Assembly (NCBI GenBank): GCA_937924845.1
Contig: CALDUQ010000042.1
Coordinates: 15,184-79,183 of the forward strand
Reading direction: 5' to 3'
DNA length: 64,000 nucleotides
Origin: an uncultured Flavobacteriaceae bacterium
GTDB lineage: Bacteria; Bacteroidota; Bacteroidia; Flavobacteriales; Flavobacteriaceae
The position numbers and the translations under genes were made by a program. The notes beneath the pieces were generated by a model. The model was not told where the DNA came from, made no database searches, and was given only the letters and a program-made list of their open reading frames with translations. Of this stretch, positions 27,886-37,963 are shown in pieces (the first letter of the stretch is position 1; each line of letters begins with the position of its first letter).

Positions 27886-29139
27886 ATGATGTATGCATTA
27901 GTAGATTGTAATAACTTTTACGCCTCTTGTGAGCGTGTATTTAACCCAAACTTACAATTTAGTCCTATTGCAATACTTTCAAACAATGATGGTTGTGTCA
28001 TATCACGTAGTGACGAGGCAAAGGCACTAGGTTTACCAATGGGTGCCCCTATTTTTAAGTGGGAAAATTTCTGCAAGCAAAATAACATAGAAATTTTATC
28101 ATCAAACTATCCATTATATGGCGATATGAGTAGCCGCACCATGGAAATTCTTAAACAATTTACTCCCGATATTGAAGTGTATAGTATCGACGAGGCTTTT
28201 TTAAAACTTAATATTTTAGATGATTATAATGCGTATGGCATACAAATGCGACAACGAATTTTAAAATGGTTAGGTTTGCCTACTTCCGTAGGAATAGCCC
28301 CAACAAAAGCATTGTCAAAAATAGCCAATAAAATAGCTCGTAAATATCCCAAAAAAACAAAAGGAGTCTATGTAATTGATAACGAAAACAAGCGTATAAA
28401 AGCCTTAAAATGGACCAAATTAAACGATGTTTGGGGTATTGGTAGTCGCTTAGAAAAACGCTTACAAGCTAAAGGTTGTAAAACAGCTTATGATTTTATC
28501 CAGTTACCAGACGCATTAATTTTAAAAGAATTTTCGATAGTTGAATGGCGTTTAAAAAAAGACTTGCAAGGCATACCTACGCTCAAATTAGAGGAGGTTA
28601 AAAATAAACAAGCCATTGCAACAACACGAAGTTTTGAAACCACTTATACAGATTTAAACGCTATTAAAGAGCGCATATCAACCTTTGCAGCGCGTTGTGC
28701 CGAAAAATTAAGAGCGCAACAATCTAGTTGTCATAGTATGGTAATACTATTACGAAGTGATAGATTTGATACAAGCGGTAAACAACATAATGTAAGCCGA
28801 TGTGTATCATTTTCATATCCAACAAACTCGACGCTAACACTTTGTAACGCTGCTGTAAAAACGATTGAAACAATGTTTAAAGCAGGTGTAAAGTATAAAC
28901 GGGCTGGTGTTATTGTAACAGGTTTAATTTCGAACACAAATAAACAACTTAATTTTTTTGAAAAAGAAGATACTAAGCAATTGCATCTTATGCGAGCTAT
29001 AGATGATTTAAACTTTAAATATAATGGCTATAAAGTAAAATTAGGAAATCAAGATTTAAAACGCACCTGGAAAATGAAACAAGAGCGTTTATCTCCCAAA
29101 TACACTACTAATTTTGACGAAATTATTATTGTGAAATAA
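27886..29139 (+). CDS. umuC: Y-family (UmuC-like) translesion DNA polymerase
   Basis: MYALVDCNNFYASCERVFNPNL..ILSNNDGCVISRSDEAKALG..SIDEAFL are UmuC/Y-family catalytic motifs. Start set at the MMYALVDC ATG (27886), just after the upstream gene ends. Confidence 0.85.
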   Translation: MMYALVDCNNFYASCERVFNPNLQFSPIAILSNNDGCVISRSDEAKALGLPMGAPIFKWENFCKQNNIEILSSNYPLYGDMSSRTMEILKQFTPDIEVYSIDEAFLKLNILDDYNAYGIQMRQRILKWLGLPTSVGIAPTKALSKIANKIARKYPKKTKGVYVIDNENKRIKALKWTKLNDVWGIGSRLEKRLQAKGCKTAYDFIQLPDALILKEFSIVEWRLKKDLQGIPTLKLEEVKNKQAIATTRSFETTYTDLNAIKERISTFAARCAEKLRAQQSSCHSMVILLRSDRFDTSGKQHNVSRCVSFSYPTNSTLTLCNAAVKTIETMFKAGVKYKRAGVIVTGLISNTNKQLNFFEKEDTKQLHLMRAIDDLNFKYNGYKVKLGNQDLKRTWKMKQERLSPKYTTNFDEIIIVK

Positions 29140-29177
29140 AAGGGTGTTTTTGTTTTAAAAACATAAAATTTATAAAA

Positions 29178-29209
29178 TAAAAAAGGTGAATATAAAATTC
29201 ACCTTTTTT
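29178..29209 (+). terminator. rho-independent terminator
   Basis: AAAAGGTGAA-tataaaa-TTCACCTTTT followed by a T run. Confidence 0.7.
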
Positions 29210-29377
29210 GCCCCAAATCTACCATGAACTTAACCTTACTTAGGTTATGGTACAGCCAATGTAATTCTTTTTTTTTTATTTTTTCTATGTTTTATTTAAA
29301 AAAAATAATACTTTTAGATAAAATACATTATTTTTAAGATTAAAAACACTTATGTATTTAGGCTTAAAAATTGTTTT

Positions 29378-31276
29378 TTAGTATGCACGAGCTTTGTTAC
29401 CTTCATAAAAATTAATAAATGCTCTGTTAACCACACGATTACCTCCCGGAGTAGGATAATTTCCTGTAAAATACCAGTCTCCTAAATGTTCGGGACAAGC
29501 TTTATGTAAATTTGCTACGGGCTGAAAAATAAGTTTAACTTTAGCTTTTATACTTGTGTCAGATAATAACTCGGCTATTTTATCAGAAATTTGCTCGTCG
29601 GTAAAGCCTTCATATATTTCGTTTACAAAGTTTTTAACCTCGACGTCCTTTAAATCTATTTGAGCTTTACATTTTTTATAAACTTGGTCAACTAAGGCGT
29701 AATTATTGTTGTCTTTTAATAACTCAAGCGCTGCTCTAAAGGCTATCAAACTTTCAAGGTTTGCCATATCAATACCATAACAATCGGGGTATCTAATTTG
29801 TGGCGCTGACGAAACAACAACAATTTGTTTTGGGTTTAGCCTGTCCATCATTTTAAGTATACTCTTTTTTAAAGTAGTACCTCTTACAATGCTATCGTCA
29901 ATAATTACAAGGTTATCTGTAGGTTTTATAACACCATAAGTTACATCGTAAACATGGGCTACAAGGTCATCTCTGCTGCTATCTTCTGTAATAAATGTAC
30001 GAAGTTTAACATCTTTTACAGCAATTTTTTCAATACGAGGTCGTGTAGCTAGTACTTCGGTTACTTTTTGGGGTGATAAATTTTGTTTTCTATCTAAAAT
30101 TTGAGCTGTTTTTTGTTCGTTTAATAGCTGTTCTACGGTTTCAATCATTCCAAAAAATGAAGTTTCTGCCGTGTTAGGAATATATGAAAATACCGAGTTT
30201 TCGATATCATTATCAATAGCTTGCATTACTTTTGGCATAATTAATTGCCCAAGTAATTTGCGTTCTTTATAAATTTCGGCATCACTTCCTCTTGAAAAAT
30301 ATATGCGTTCAAATGAGCAGGATTTGCGTTCTAAGGGTTCTAAAATTTGGTGTATATTGGTTTCACCCGATTTTTTTGTAATTAAAGCACAACCGGGGTC
30401 TAGCTCTTTAACCTTATCAAAATCTACATTAAAAACGGTTTGTATTACAGGCCGTTCTGAGGCCACTACCACAATTTCATCGTCTTTATAGTAATATGCA
30501 GGCCTAATGCCTGAAGGGTCTCTTAAAACAAAAGCATCACCATGGCCTAATAGTCCAGCCATGGCATAACCACCGTCCCAATTTTTTGCCGATCGTTTTA
30601 AAATTTTTGCAACATCTAAGCGCTCTGCTATATGAGCAGATGCCTCTCTTTTATTAAAGCCTTCATGTTTTAATTGGTCATATAATTTACTAACTTCATC
30701 GTCAAGAAAATGGCCAACTTTTTCCATAATGGTAATTGTGTCGGTATAATCTTTAGGGTGTTGCCCTAACTCAATTAGATTTTCAAATAATTCTTTTACA
30801 TTGGTCATGTTAAAATTACCAGCCATAATTAAATTACGATGCATCCAATTGTTTTGTCTTAAAAACGGGTGAACGTTTTCAACACTATTTTTACCAAAAG
30901 TACCGTAGCGCACATGGCCTAAAAACAACTCGCCTATGTATGGGATGTGTTTTTTTTGAAGTGCTATATCATTTTTATACTCAGGATATTTTTCTAGCTC
31001 GGTATTAATACGCTTATTAATTTTTGAAAAAATATCTTGTATGGGTTGTTGCGCTATAGATCGTTTTCGGCTTATATACCTTTCGCCAGGAGTTACATCT
31101 AGTTTTATACTAGCAATACCAGCACCATCTTGACCACGATTATGCTGTTTTTCCATCATTAAATACATTTTGTTTACACCATAAAAAGCACTCCCATATT
31201 TATCTTTATAATAGGCCAAAGGTTTTAATAAACGTAGTAATGAAATACCGCACTCATGTTTTATAGCGTCACTCAT
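29378..31276 (-). CDS. purF: amidophosphoribosyltransferase (long Bacteroidota type)
   Basis: N-terminal Ntn-amidotransferase region ..HECGISLL..HNRGQDGAG. PRPP-binding loop LVIIDDSIVRGTT. 632 aa. Confidence 0.9.
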   Translation of the reverse strand: MSDAIKHECGISLLRLLKPLAYYKDKYGSAFYGVNKMYLMMEKQHNRGQDGAGIASIKLDVTPGERYISRKRSIAQQPIQDIFSKINKRINTELEKYPEYKNDIALQKKHIPYIGELFLGHVRYGTFGKNSVENVHPFLRQNNWMHRNLIMAGNFNMTNVKELFENLIELGQHPKDYTDTITIMEKVGHFLDDEVSKLYDQLKHEGFNKREASAHIAERLDVAKILKRSAKNWDGGYAMAGLLGHGDAFVLRDPSGIRPAYYYKDDEIVVVASERPVIQTVFNVDFDKVKELDPGCALITKKSGETNIHQILEPLERKSCSFERIYFSRGSDAEIYKERKLLGQLIMPKVMQAIDNDIENSVFSYIPNTAETSFFGMIETVEQLLNEQKTAQILDRKQNLSPQKVTEVLATRPRIEKIAVKDVKLRTFITEDSSRDDLVAHVYDVTYGVIKPTDNLVIIDDSIVRGTTLKKSILKMMDRLNPKQIVVVSSAPQIRYPDCYGIDMANLESLIAFRAALELLKDNNNYALVDQVYKKCKAQIDLKDVEVKNFVNEIYEGFTDEQISDKIAELLSDTSIKAKVKLIFQPVANLHKACPEHLGDWYFTGNYPTPGGNRVVNRAFINFYEGNKARAY

Positions 31277-31295
31277 AATATAATTGTTTTATAAA

Positions 31296-31330
31296 CTAAA
31301 AACGCGCGTTACAAAGTAACACGCGTTTTA
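31296..31330 (-). terminator. rho-independent terminator for the upstream kinase gene
   Basis: On the minus strand: AAAACGCGTGTTAC-ttt-GTAACGCGCGTTTT followed by T5. The stem has one mismatch. Confidence 0.6.
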
Positions 31331-31385
31331 AATTGGGGGTTAATATAATAATGTTATAAAGACATTTTTTAAATAATAAAACATT

Positions 31386-32321
31386 TTAGTTTTCATTTTT
31401 TAAAGTAATATCAAATTGTGTTAAATTTTTAAATTGTTGCAATCTTTGGTTAACCTCATCTTCTTTAAGTGTTAACATGCGTTCAGTACCAAACTTTTCA
31501 ACACAAAATGAGGCTAAAGTTGACCCGTAAATTAACGCGTTTTTCATATTCTCAAATGAGTAATCTTCCGTTTTGGCTAAGTAGCCCGAAAAACCTCCTG
31601 CAAAGGTATCGCCTGCTCCTGTTGGGTCAAAAACTTCTTTAAGTGGTAATGCTGGAGCATAAAAAATATCATCATTATGAAATAATAATGCACCGTGCTC
31701 TCCTTTTTTAATTACTACATACTTAGGACCCATTTCATGGATTTTTTGAGCTGCCACAACTAATGAGTATTCGCCAGTTAATTGTCTAGCTTCTTCATCA
31801 TTAATAGTAATAACATCAACATTTTTAATCACCGAGTGTAATTCTGGCAAAGCCACATCCATCCAAAAATTCATGGTATCAAGTACCACTAATTTAGGTT
31901 TGGTTTCCATTTGATCTAATACACTTTGCTGTACACTTGGGTGTAAATTACCTAGCATTACAACCTCAGCATTTTTATAGTCATTTGGTACAACTGGGTT
32001 AAAATTTTCTAGCACATTTAGCTCGGTAGCCAAAGTATCTCTAGAGTTCATATCGTTATGATACTTGCCACTCCAAAAAAATGTTTTGCCCTCTTTTACA
32101 ATTTCTAATTTAGAGGTATCAATATTTCTATTAGATAATAGATCAATGTACTCACTAGGAAAATCACCGCCAACAACCGATACAACTGCCGAGTTTACAT
32201 TAAATTGAGATGCCGATAAGCCAATATACGTTGCCGCTCCGCCTAGTATTTTATCTGTTTTTCCAAAAGGGGTTTCAATAGCATCAAATGCCACAGTACC
32301 TACAATAACCAACTTGCTCAT
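31386..32321 (-). CDS. PfkB-family carbohydrate kinase
   Basis: N-terminal GG motif (..KILGGAATY..) and C-terminal DPTGAGDTFAGGF. Confidence 0.8.
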   Translation of the reverse strand: MSKLVIVGTVAFDAIETPFGKTDKILGGAATYIGLSASQFNVNSAVVSVVGGDFPSEYIDLLSNRNIDTSKLEIVKEGKTFFWSGKYHNDMNSRDTLATELNVLENFNPVVPNDYKNAEVVMLGNLHPSVQQSVLDQMETKPKLVVLDTMNFWMDVALPELHSVIKNVDVITINDEEARQLTGEYSLVVAAQKIHEMGPKYVVIKKGEHGALLFHNDDIFYAPALPLKEVFDPTGAGDTFAGGFSGYLAKTEDYSFENMKNALIYGSTLASFCVEKFGTERMLTLKEDEVNQRLQQFKNLTQFDITLKNEN

Positions 32322-32353
32322 AAAAAGGTTTAAATTTTTTGCAAATATACGTT

Positions 32354-32995
32354 TTATTTTCTTCCAAAATCAGCAGGAATTTCTCCCCAAGCTTTTGTTT
32401 CCCATTTTACAATAACTGTTGTATAAGTGTTTTTATGTAACCAATCGATAGCGCGATCAACCAAATCAAAAATAATTTTGTTTTCAGAGCTTCTTTTTAG
32501 TTTAGAGTTGCATGCTTTTTTTTTAACCCAGCTCATTGCTGTGCGGGAGTCTGAATATAAAATTCTAGAACTTTTATGTTGTTTTAAATACGCCAAGCCG
32601 TGTACTAATGCCAAAAATTCACCAATATTATTAGTACCTTTATTAAAAGGCCCTTGTATAAAAAGCTGTTTTTTAGTTTTGGTATCTACACCTCTATACT
32701 CTACTTTACCAGGATTACCCGATGATGCGGCATCAACTGCTATAGAATTATAATTGGGCGTTCCTATTTTTTTTAGTTCTAATGGGCTTAACGCACTTGT
32801 AAAGGCTGTTTTTTTAGAAATATAGTCTTTATAATTGCCTTGAAACGCTTTTTGAGCAGCCTCTAAGGTTAAAAACGACTTATATTGCGCACCTTGGTAA
32901 TTTTGAATTTGTACTTTACATAAGTTCCAAGTATCAAAAACACCTGTTTTATGACCTTGCCAAACCGTATAATATTTTTTTTTTGCTTTGCTCAA
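32354..32995 (-). CDS. rnhA: ribonuclease H1 with N-terminal hybrid-binding domain
   Basis: KKYYTVWQGHKTGVFDTWNLCKVQIQNYQGAQYKSF is the hybrid-binding domain. The RNase H core follows (..AVDAASSGNPG..NNIGEFLALVHGL..YSDS..). Confidence 0.85.
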   Translation of the reverse strand: MSKAKKKYYTVWQGHKTGVFDTWNLCKVQIQNYQGAQYKSFLTLEAAQKAFQGNYKDYISKKTAFTSALSPLELKKIGTPNYNSIAVDAASSGNPGKVEYRGVDTKTKKQLFIQGPFNKGTNNIGEFLALVHGLAYLKQHKSSRILYSDSRTAMSWVKKKACNSKLKRSSENKIIFDLVDRAIDWLHKNTYTTVIVKWETKAWGEIPADFGRK

Positions 32996-33142
32996 AACGT
33001 TGTAATAATGTGCAAAAATAAACTTATTTTAATCATTATATTTTAAAGAATGTTGTGATTTTTATAGATACCTGTCTGCGCAGGAAACATTTTTTAACGA
33101 CCAACTTATGCCTATGTAACAAATAAATAGATGACTAATATT

Positions 33143-35062
33143 TTATTTTTTAAACTTAGTGTTATAAAGTTCTATTAATTGCGCAACTACAGGCGGGTTT
33201 AATAACGTAGAAACGTCGCCCAAACTATCGGATTCGTTGTTGGCGATTTTTCGTAATATTCTACGCATAATTTTTCCCGACCGAGTTTTAGGTAATTCTT
33301 GAGTAAACTGAATAAAATCCAACTTGGCAATCGGTCCAATTTTAGAAGCGATTAATTGGTTGATTTCTTGTTTCAATAAATTTTCATCGTCTAGTTCGAT
33401 AGTTTTTAAACTCACAAATCCAAAAAGTGCCATTCCTTTTATTGGGTGCTGCACGCCAACAATGGCAGATTCTGCAACTTTTTCGTGCTCGTTGATGACG
33501 TTCTCTATCGGAGCAGTTCCTAAGTTATGCCCCGACACAATAATTACATCGTCTACTCTACCCGTAATTCTATAATATCCGTCTTCGTTTCGCAATGCGC
33601 CATCTCCTGTAAAATAATACCCAGGAAATGCCGTAAAATACGTTTCTTTATAGCGTTGATGGTTTCCCCAAATGGTTCTTGCCATAGACGGCCATGGTGC
33701 TTTAATACACAACTTTCCTTTTACATCGTTGCCTAAAATTTCGTTGCCATCGTCGTCGAGCAACACCAATTGAACTCCTGGTAAAGGCAAGGTGGCAAAA
33801 GTAGCTATAGAAGGCGTTGCGTTGGGAATTGGTGAGATTAAAATGCAACCTGTTTCGGTTTGAAACCACGTATCGACAACAGTGGCTTTGCCTTTTCCTA
33901 CATTATCGTTGTACCAATTCCAAGCTTCTATATTTATCGGTTCTCCAACGGTTCCGATGGTTTTTAACGACGACAAATCGTAGCGATTTACAAAGTCTAA
34001 CGATTCTTTTGCCAACGAACGAATAGTCGTAGGTGCTGTATAAAACTGATTGACGTTTAATTTTTCAATCGTTTGCCAAAATCTTCCGCAATCGGGATAA
34101 CTCGGTACCCCTTCAAATAAAACCGAAGTTGCGCCATTGAGCAAAGGTCCGTAAACGATATAACTGTGACCTGTAATCCACCCGATATCGGCGCTACACC
34201 AATACATATCTTCAGGCTCGTACTGAAACACATTTTGAAATGTATATGCTGCGTTTACCATATAACCGCCCGTAGTGTGCACCATTCCTTTTGGCGTTCC
34301 TGTTGATCCAGAAGTATACAAAATAAACAAAGGGTCCTCGGCATCCATTTGCTCGGCAGTATGCACTTCGGATTGTTGCTCTAACAAAGGCGCAATCCAA
34401 TAATCACGTTCGGGCATCATGGTCACTTTTGAGTGTATGCGTTTTACTACCAGCACCGTTTCTACTGTAGTGCAATTCAATAAAGCTTCGTCAACAATAT
34501 TTTTGAGTTCAATACTTTTTTCTCCACGAAACGAACCGTCGGAAGTTATGACCATTTTACAATCGCTGTCGTTAATTCTAGAAGCCAACGCTTGAGCAGA
34601 AAACCCTGCAAAAACGATAGAATGTATTGCTCCAATACGAGCGCAGGCCAACATCGCTACAGGTAAATCGGGTATCATTGGTAAGTAAATACACACTCTA
34701 TCTCCTTTTCGAATTCCTTTGGAAAGTAACAAATTCGCAAATCGATTAACACGTTTGCTTAACTCGCTATACGAAATGTATTCGGTTGGTTCGTTAGGGT
34801 TGTTGGGTTCAAAAATAAATGCATTTTTATCGCCAAGGGCGTTTAAATGTCGGTCGATGCAATTTTCAGAAAGGTTTAATTTCCCTCCTTCAAACCATTT
34901 AACTTCGGGTTGGTTGAAATCCCACTTTAAAACAGCATCCCATTTTTTAGACCAAGAAAACGCTTCGGCAATACCGCCCCAAAATTCTTCGGGACTAGTT
35001 TTAGACTCATTATAAATGCGGGTATATTCTTCTGTTCCTCGAATGCGGTAATTTTGTGACAT
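33143..35062 (-). CDS. acs: acetyl-CoA synthetase
   Basis: AMP-binding motif LYTSGSTGTPKG, ..YWCSADIGWITGHSY.., and the C-terminal catalytic-lysine region LPKTRSGKIMRR. Confidence 0.93.
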   Translation of the reverse strand: MSQNYRIRGTEEYTRIYNESKTSPEEFWGGIAEAFSWSKKWDAVLKWDFNQPEVKWFEGGKLNLSENCIDRHLNALGDKNAFIFEPNNPNEPTEYISYSELSKRVNRFANLLLSKGIRKGDRVCIYLPMIPDLPVAMLACARIGAIHSIVFAGFSAQALASRINDSDCKMVITSDGSFRGEKSIELKNIVDEALLNCTTVETVLVVKRIHSKVTMMPERDYWIAPLLEQQSEVHTAEQMDAEDPLFILYTSGSTGTPKGMVHTTGGYMVNAAYTFQNVFQYEPEDMYWCSADIGWITGHSYIVYGPLLNGATSVLFEGVPSYPDCGRFWQTIEKLNVNQFYTAPTTIRSLAKESLDFVNRYDLSSLKTIGTVGEPINIEAWNWYNDNVGKGKATVVDTWFQTETGCILISPIPNATPSIATFATLPLPGVQLVLLDDDGNEILGNDVKGKLCIKAPWPSMARTIWGNHQRYKETYFTAFPGYYFTGDGALRNEDGYYRITGRVDDVIIVSGHNLGTAPIENVINEHEKVAESAIVGVQHPIKGMALFGFVSLKTIELDDENLLKQEINQLIASKIGPIAKLDFIQFTQELPKTRSGKIMRRILRKIANNESDSLGDVSTLLNPPVVAQLIELYNTKFKK

Positions 35063-35125
35063 AGTGCTAGTTAATTTTCATTCTAAATATATGAAAATTA
35101 TTAACCAAGCCTAAATTTAAAAAAT

Positions 35126-35821
35126 CTACAGCTTTGTTTTATCTACTTTAAAAGCTTTTGGTAAATCTGTAATCAGTAATTTTTGTGAAGTACTGCCCTG
35201 TAATGTAGCAATTTTAGAATATGGATACTCAGGTATAGGCTCATTTAATTTTAACCAATTTGCAGTACCACCAACTACAATTTCTTCGCCTATTTCAATT
35301 ATGCCTTCGGAATATTTTAACGGTTTATTAAATCCCAAAAAACCTGTGCTTTTAATGCCATATGTTTTTAATAAAGCTTCAAATTCGGGAGTTGGGTTAT
35401 TAAATGTACCTGATTTGGTATGCTTGTCTTTTACTAAGTAACAATAATAATTTTTTGGATTTTTGCTTGGCTTTACCAACACTAAATTACCATTTTTTTC
35501 TATAAAAAAGTCTTGAAACTGGGTGTCATTTACAATCGTTTTCCAGTGAGAGCTTTTTCCGCTACTTTTTTGCTGCTCAATTTTTATGGAATAAAATACA
35601 CATTTACGTTTACTTAACGGTGCTATAAGTGGCGTATTAGCATGAAGTGCTTTGCCTTTAATTTTTATCCTTTGGTTTAATTTAAAAGCGCCAATAGATT
35701 TAAAAGGAAGTTTTGCTAATTGCCTTAATAGTACCGTTTTTGGATTAAAGTAATACACCAAAAAAACAAGTAAACCAATACCAATAACTACTGCTGCAAT
35801 AATTAAATTTTCTTTGCTCAT
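35126..35821 (-). CDS. membrane-anchored hypothetical protein
   Basis: 231 aa. One N-terminal TM (IIAAVVIGIGLLVFLVYYF) followed by a beta-rich soluble part. No confident family. Confidence 0.5.
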   Translation of the reverse strand: MSKENLIIAAVVIGIGLLVFLVYYFNPKTVLLRQLAKLPFKSIGAFKLNQRIKIKGKALHANTPLIAPLSKRKCVFYSIKIEQQKSSGKSSHWKTIVNDTQFQDFFIEKNGNLVLVKPSKNPKNYYCYLVKDKHTKSGTFNNPTPEFEALLKTYGIKSTGFLGFNKPLKYSEGIIEIGEEIVVGGTANWLKLNEPIPEYPYSKIATLQGSTSQKLLITDLPKAFKVDKTKL

Positions 35822-35876
35822 AACTAATATGTAGCATTGTGGCTTATTATGTTACATTAATAATGCTTTTTTGCCT

Positions 35877-36230
35877 TTATTTATCGCGTCTTACTAAAGC
35901 GTAATAATTGTTTTCTAACGGCAAATAACCTTGATCGTAAACAAAATAATAAACAGTACCTACTTTTGTGGTGTATATGCTGGTAAAGTAATTAAAATCA
36001 AAACCAAGTTGTACTAGTTTTGCTTTTGTAGATTTTGTTTTTTTATCGGGATTTAATTGCTGAAGTATCCTCCAGTTTTTTCTTAACCTATTGTTTATAT
36101 TTCTAATTAAGTTGACACTATCTTTATTAAATTTATTATTGTAGGTGTTCCGGCAGGCATCATTACAAAATTTTTTATCAACACGACCTTTTACCGTTTC
36201 CCCGCATTCTAAACATGTTTTTGTATCCAT
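35877..36230 (-). CDS. small zinc-ribbon protein (function unknown)
   Basis: CLECGETV..(11)..CNDACRN forms a four-Cys cluster at the N-terminus. 117 aa. Confidence 0.5.
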   Translation of the reverse strand: MDTKTCLECGETVKGRVDKKFCNDACRNTYNNKFNKDSVNLIRNINNRLRKNWRILQQLNPDKKTKSTKAKLVQLGFDFNYFTSIYTTKVGTVYYFVYDQGYLPLENNYYALVRRDK

Positions 36231-36292
36231 ATTAATAAAGTTTGCTAATCGTGTTAATACAACTAAAGTACTAAATAAATTTAAAACATATT

Positions 36293-36835
36293 TTAACTAA
36301 TGTTTTGGTACTCGGTTTTATTTAAGGCATACCAACGTAGTGTCATTTGTTCGGCATCATGATAAAAATCTTCGATATAGTTTAAGCCTATTTTTAAAAG
36401 TACGGCGTGTGAAGCTGCATTTTCTTTTTCGGTAATACCATAAATGGTGTTGAGGTTTAGAGTTGAAAAGGCATAATTTAAGCAGGCTTTAGCGCTTTCG
36501 GTAGCATAACCTTTACCCCAATATTTGGGCAATAATCTATAGCCAATATCATAAAAATTGGTTTTATTGTTAAAGGTCATGTCGTTATAAAGTCGCAGTC
36601 CGCACCAACCTATAAAAGATTTAGTTTCTTTTTCAATAACAGCCCAACGGCCAACGCCAGTTGTATTATATTGTTTTATGGTGCTTTTAATATAATTTAA
36701 GGCTTCTTGTTTATGGGTGATAGGTTTGTTGCCTAGATACTGATGCACTTTTGGATTAGAGTCTAGTGCAAACATGTCGTTTAGATCCGTTTCATTTAAT
36801 GGTCTTACAATTAATCTGTCGGTTTCTAAAATCAT
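36293..36835 (-). CDS. GNAT family N-acetyltransferase
   Basis: MILETDRLIVRPLNETD.. N-terminus and ..LLPKYWGKGYATESAKACLNYAF.. acetyl-CoA binding region. Confidence 0.75.
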   Translation of the reverse strand: MILETDRLIVRPLNETDLNDMFALDSNPKVHQYLGNKPITHKQEALNYIKSTIKQYNTTGVGRWAVIEKETKSFIGWCGLRLYNDMTFNNKTNFYDIGYRLLPKYWGKGYATESAKACLNYAFSTLNLNTIYGITEKENAASHAVLLKIGLNYIEDFYHDAEQMTLRWYALNKTEYQNIS

Positions 36836-36839
36836 GATG

Positions 36840-37181
36840 TTAAGCTTTTTTTACAAATTCAGATTTTAATCCCATTGCTCCAAAGCCTGTAATTTTACAA
36901 TCAATATTGTGTTCGCCATCGGTTAACCTAATGTTTTTAACTTTTGTACCTGCTTTTACAGGTTTTGGAGCGCCTTTTACAGGCAAATCTTTAATCACAA
37001 TTACAGAGTCGCCATCACTTAACACAGCGCCGTTAACGTCTAGTATTTTAGTGTTTTCTTCTTGTTCGGTAACTGCTTCAACATCATTTAAGCTCCATTC
37101 GTGATTGCATTCGGGGCAGGCATAAATAGAGTCATTTAACGGATAGCCGTACGGCGATTTACATTGTGGGCAATTTTCCAT
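36840..37181 (-). CDS. phnA: PhnA/YjdM zinc-ribbon protein
   Basis: CPQCKS..(12)..CPECNHEW zinc ribbon plus the conserved C-terminal ..[40 protein letters not shown]. Confidence 0.85.
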   Translation of the reverse strand: MENCPQCKSPYGYPLNDSIYACPECNHEWSLNDVEAVTEQEENTKILDVNGAVLSDGDSVIVIKDLPVKGAPKPVKAGTKVKNIRLTDGEHNIDCKITGFGAMGLKSEFVKKA

Positions 37182-37206
37182 AAATTATATATTTTTTAAA
37201 CTAAAA

Positions 37207-37890
37207 TTACTGTTTACGTTGCACAACCTCAAACACTTTGCCTTCATCAAGCTTTAGTGTTTTGTTAGGGTATTTGAGTAATAAGGCATAATCATGTGTT
37301 GCCATTAATATTGTGTGACCTTTTTTGTTTAAATCTTGCAAAACCTCCATCACCTCAACACTAGTTTGCGGGTCAAGGTTACCAGTTGGTTCATCTGCAA
37401 GTATTAATTCGGGGTCGTTTAATAAAGCCCTTGCAATGGCAATACGTTGTTGCTCACCTCCCGAAAGCTCAAATGGAAACTGCTTGCCTTTGGATTGCAT
37501 ACCAACGCGTTGTAATACATCGGCAATTTTATCGGCAATTTTGGTTTTGTCTTTCCAGCCTGTAGCTTTTAATACAAACTCTAAATTGCTATTTACGTTA
37601 CGGTCATTTAATAATTTAAAATCTTGAAATACTACCCCAAGTTTGCGTCTTAAATAAGGAATGTCTTTTTCTTTTAATGATGGTAAATCGTAATTTACAA
37701 TAGCGCCACTACCTTTTTTTAGGTGTAAATCGCCATAAAGCGTTTTCATAAAACTACTTTTTCCGCTACCCGTTTTTCCGATAAGGTAAACAAAATCACC
37801 TTTGTTTATTTCTAAAGTAACATCAGAAAGTATTAAATTGACCCCTTGAAAAATAGAAGCGTCTTGTAATTTTAAAACAGTATTTGGCAT
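37207..37890 (-). CDS. ftsE: cell-division ABC ATPase FtsE
   Basis: Walker [10 protein letters not shown], signature LSGGEQQR, Walker [13 protein letters not shown]. FtsE-like size of 227 aa. Confidence 0.8.
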   Translation of the reverse strand: MPNTVLKLQDASIFQGVNLILSDVTLEINKGDFVYLIGKTGSGKSSFMKTLYGDLHLKKGSGAIVNYDLPSLKEKDIPYLRRKLGVVFQDFKLLNDRNVNSNLEFVLKATGWKDKTKIADKIADVLQRVGMQSKGKQFPFELSGGEQQRIAIARALLNDPELILADEPTGNLDPQTSVEVMEVLQDLNKKGHTILMATHDYALLLKYPNKTLKLDEGKVFEVVQRKQ

Positions 37891-37963
37891 AATAATAAAA
37901 CCGATTATTTATCTTGTAAAAGTAATGCTATACAACCACTTTTAAAAACCCAATTTTTTTGCT

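Noticed and set aside
33079-33096. GC-rich mini-hairpins in AT-rich spacers: CCTGtctgcgCAGG at about 33081-33094, CTGC-gtaa-GCAG at about 40982-40993, and ATTCCTT-tgaaaa-AAGGAAT at 2973-2992. Together they might be REP-like elements.
   Set aside because: There are only three short, non-identical copies with 4-7 bp stems. That is insufficient to claim a repeat family without a genome-wide count.
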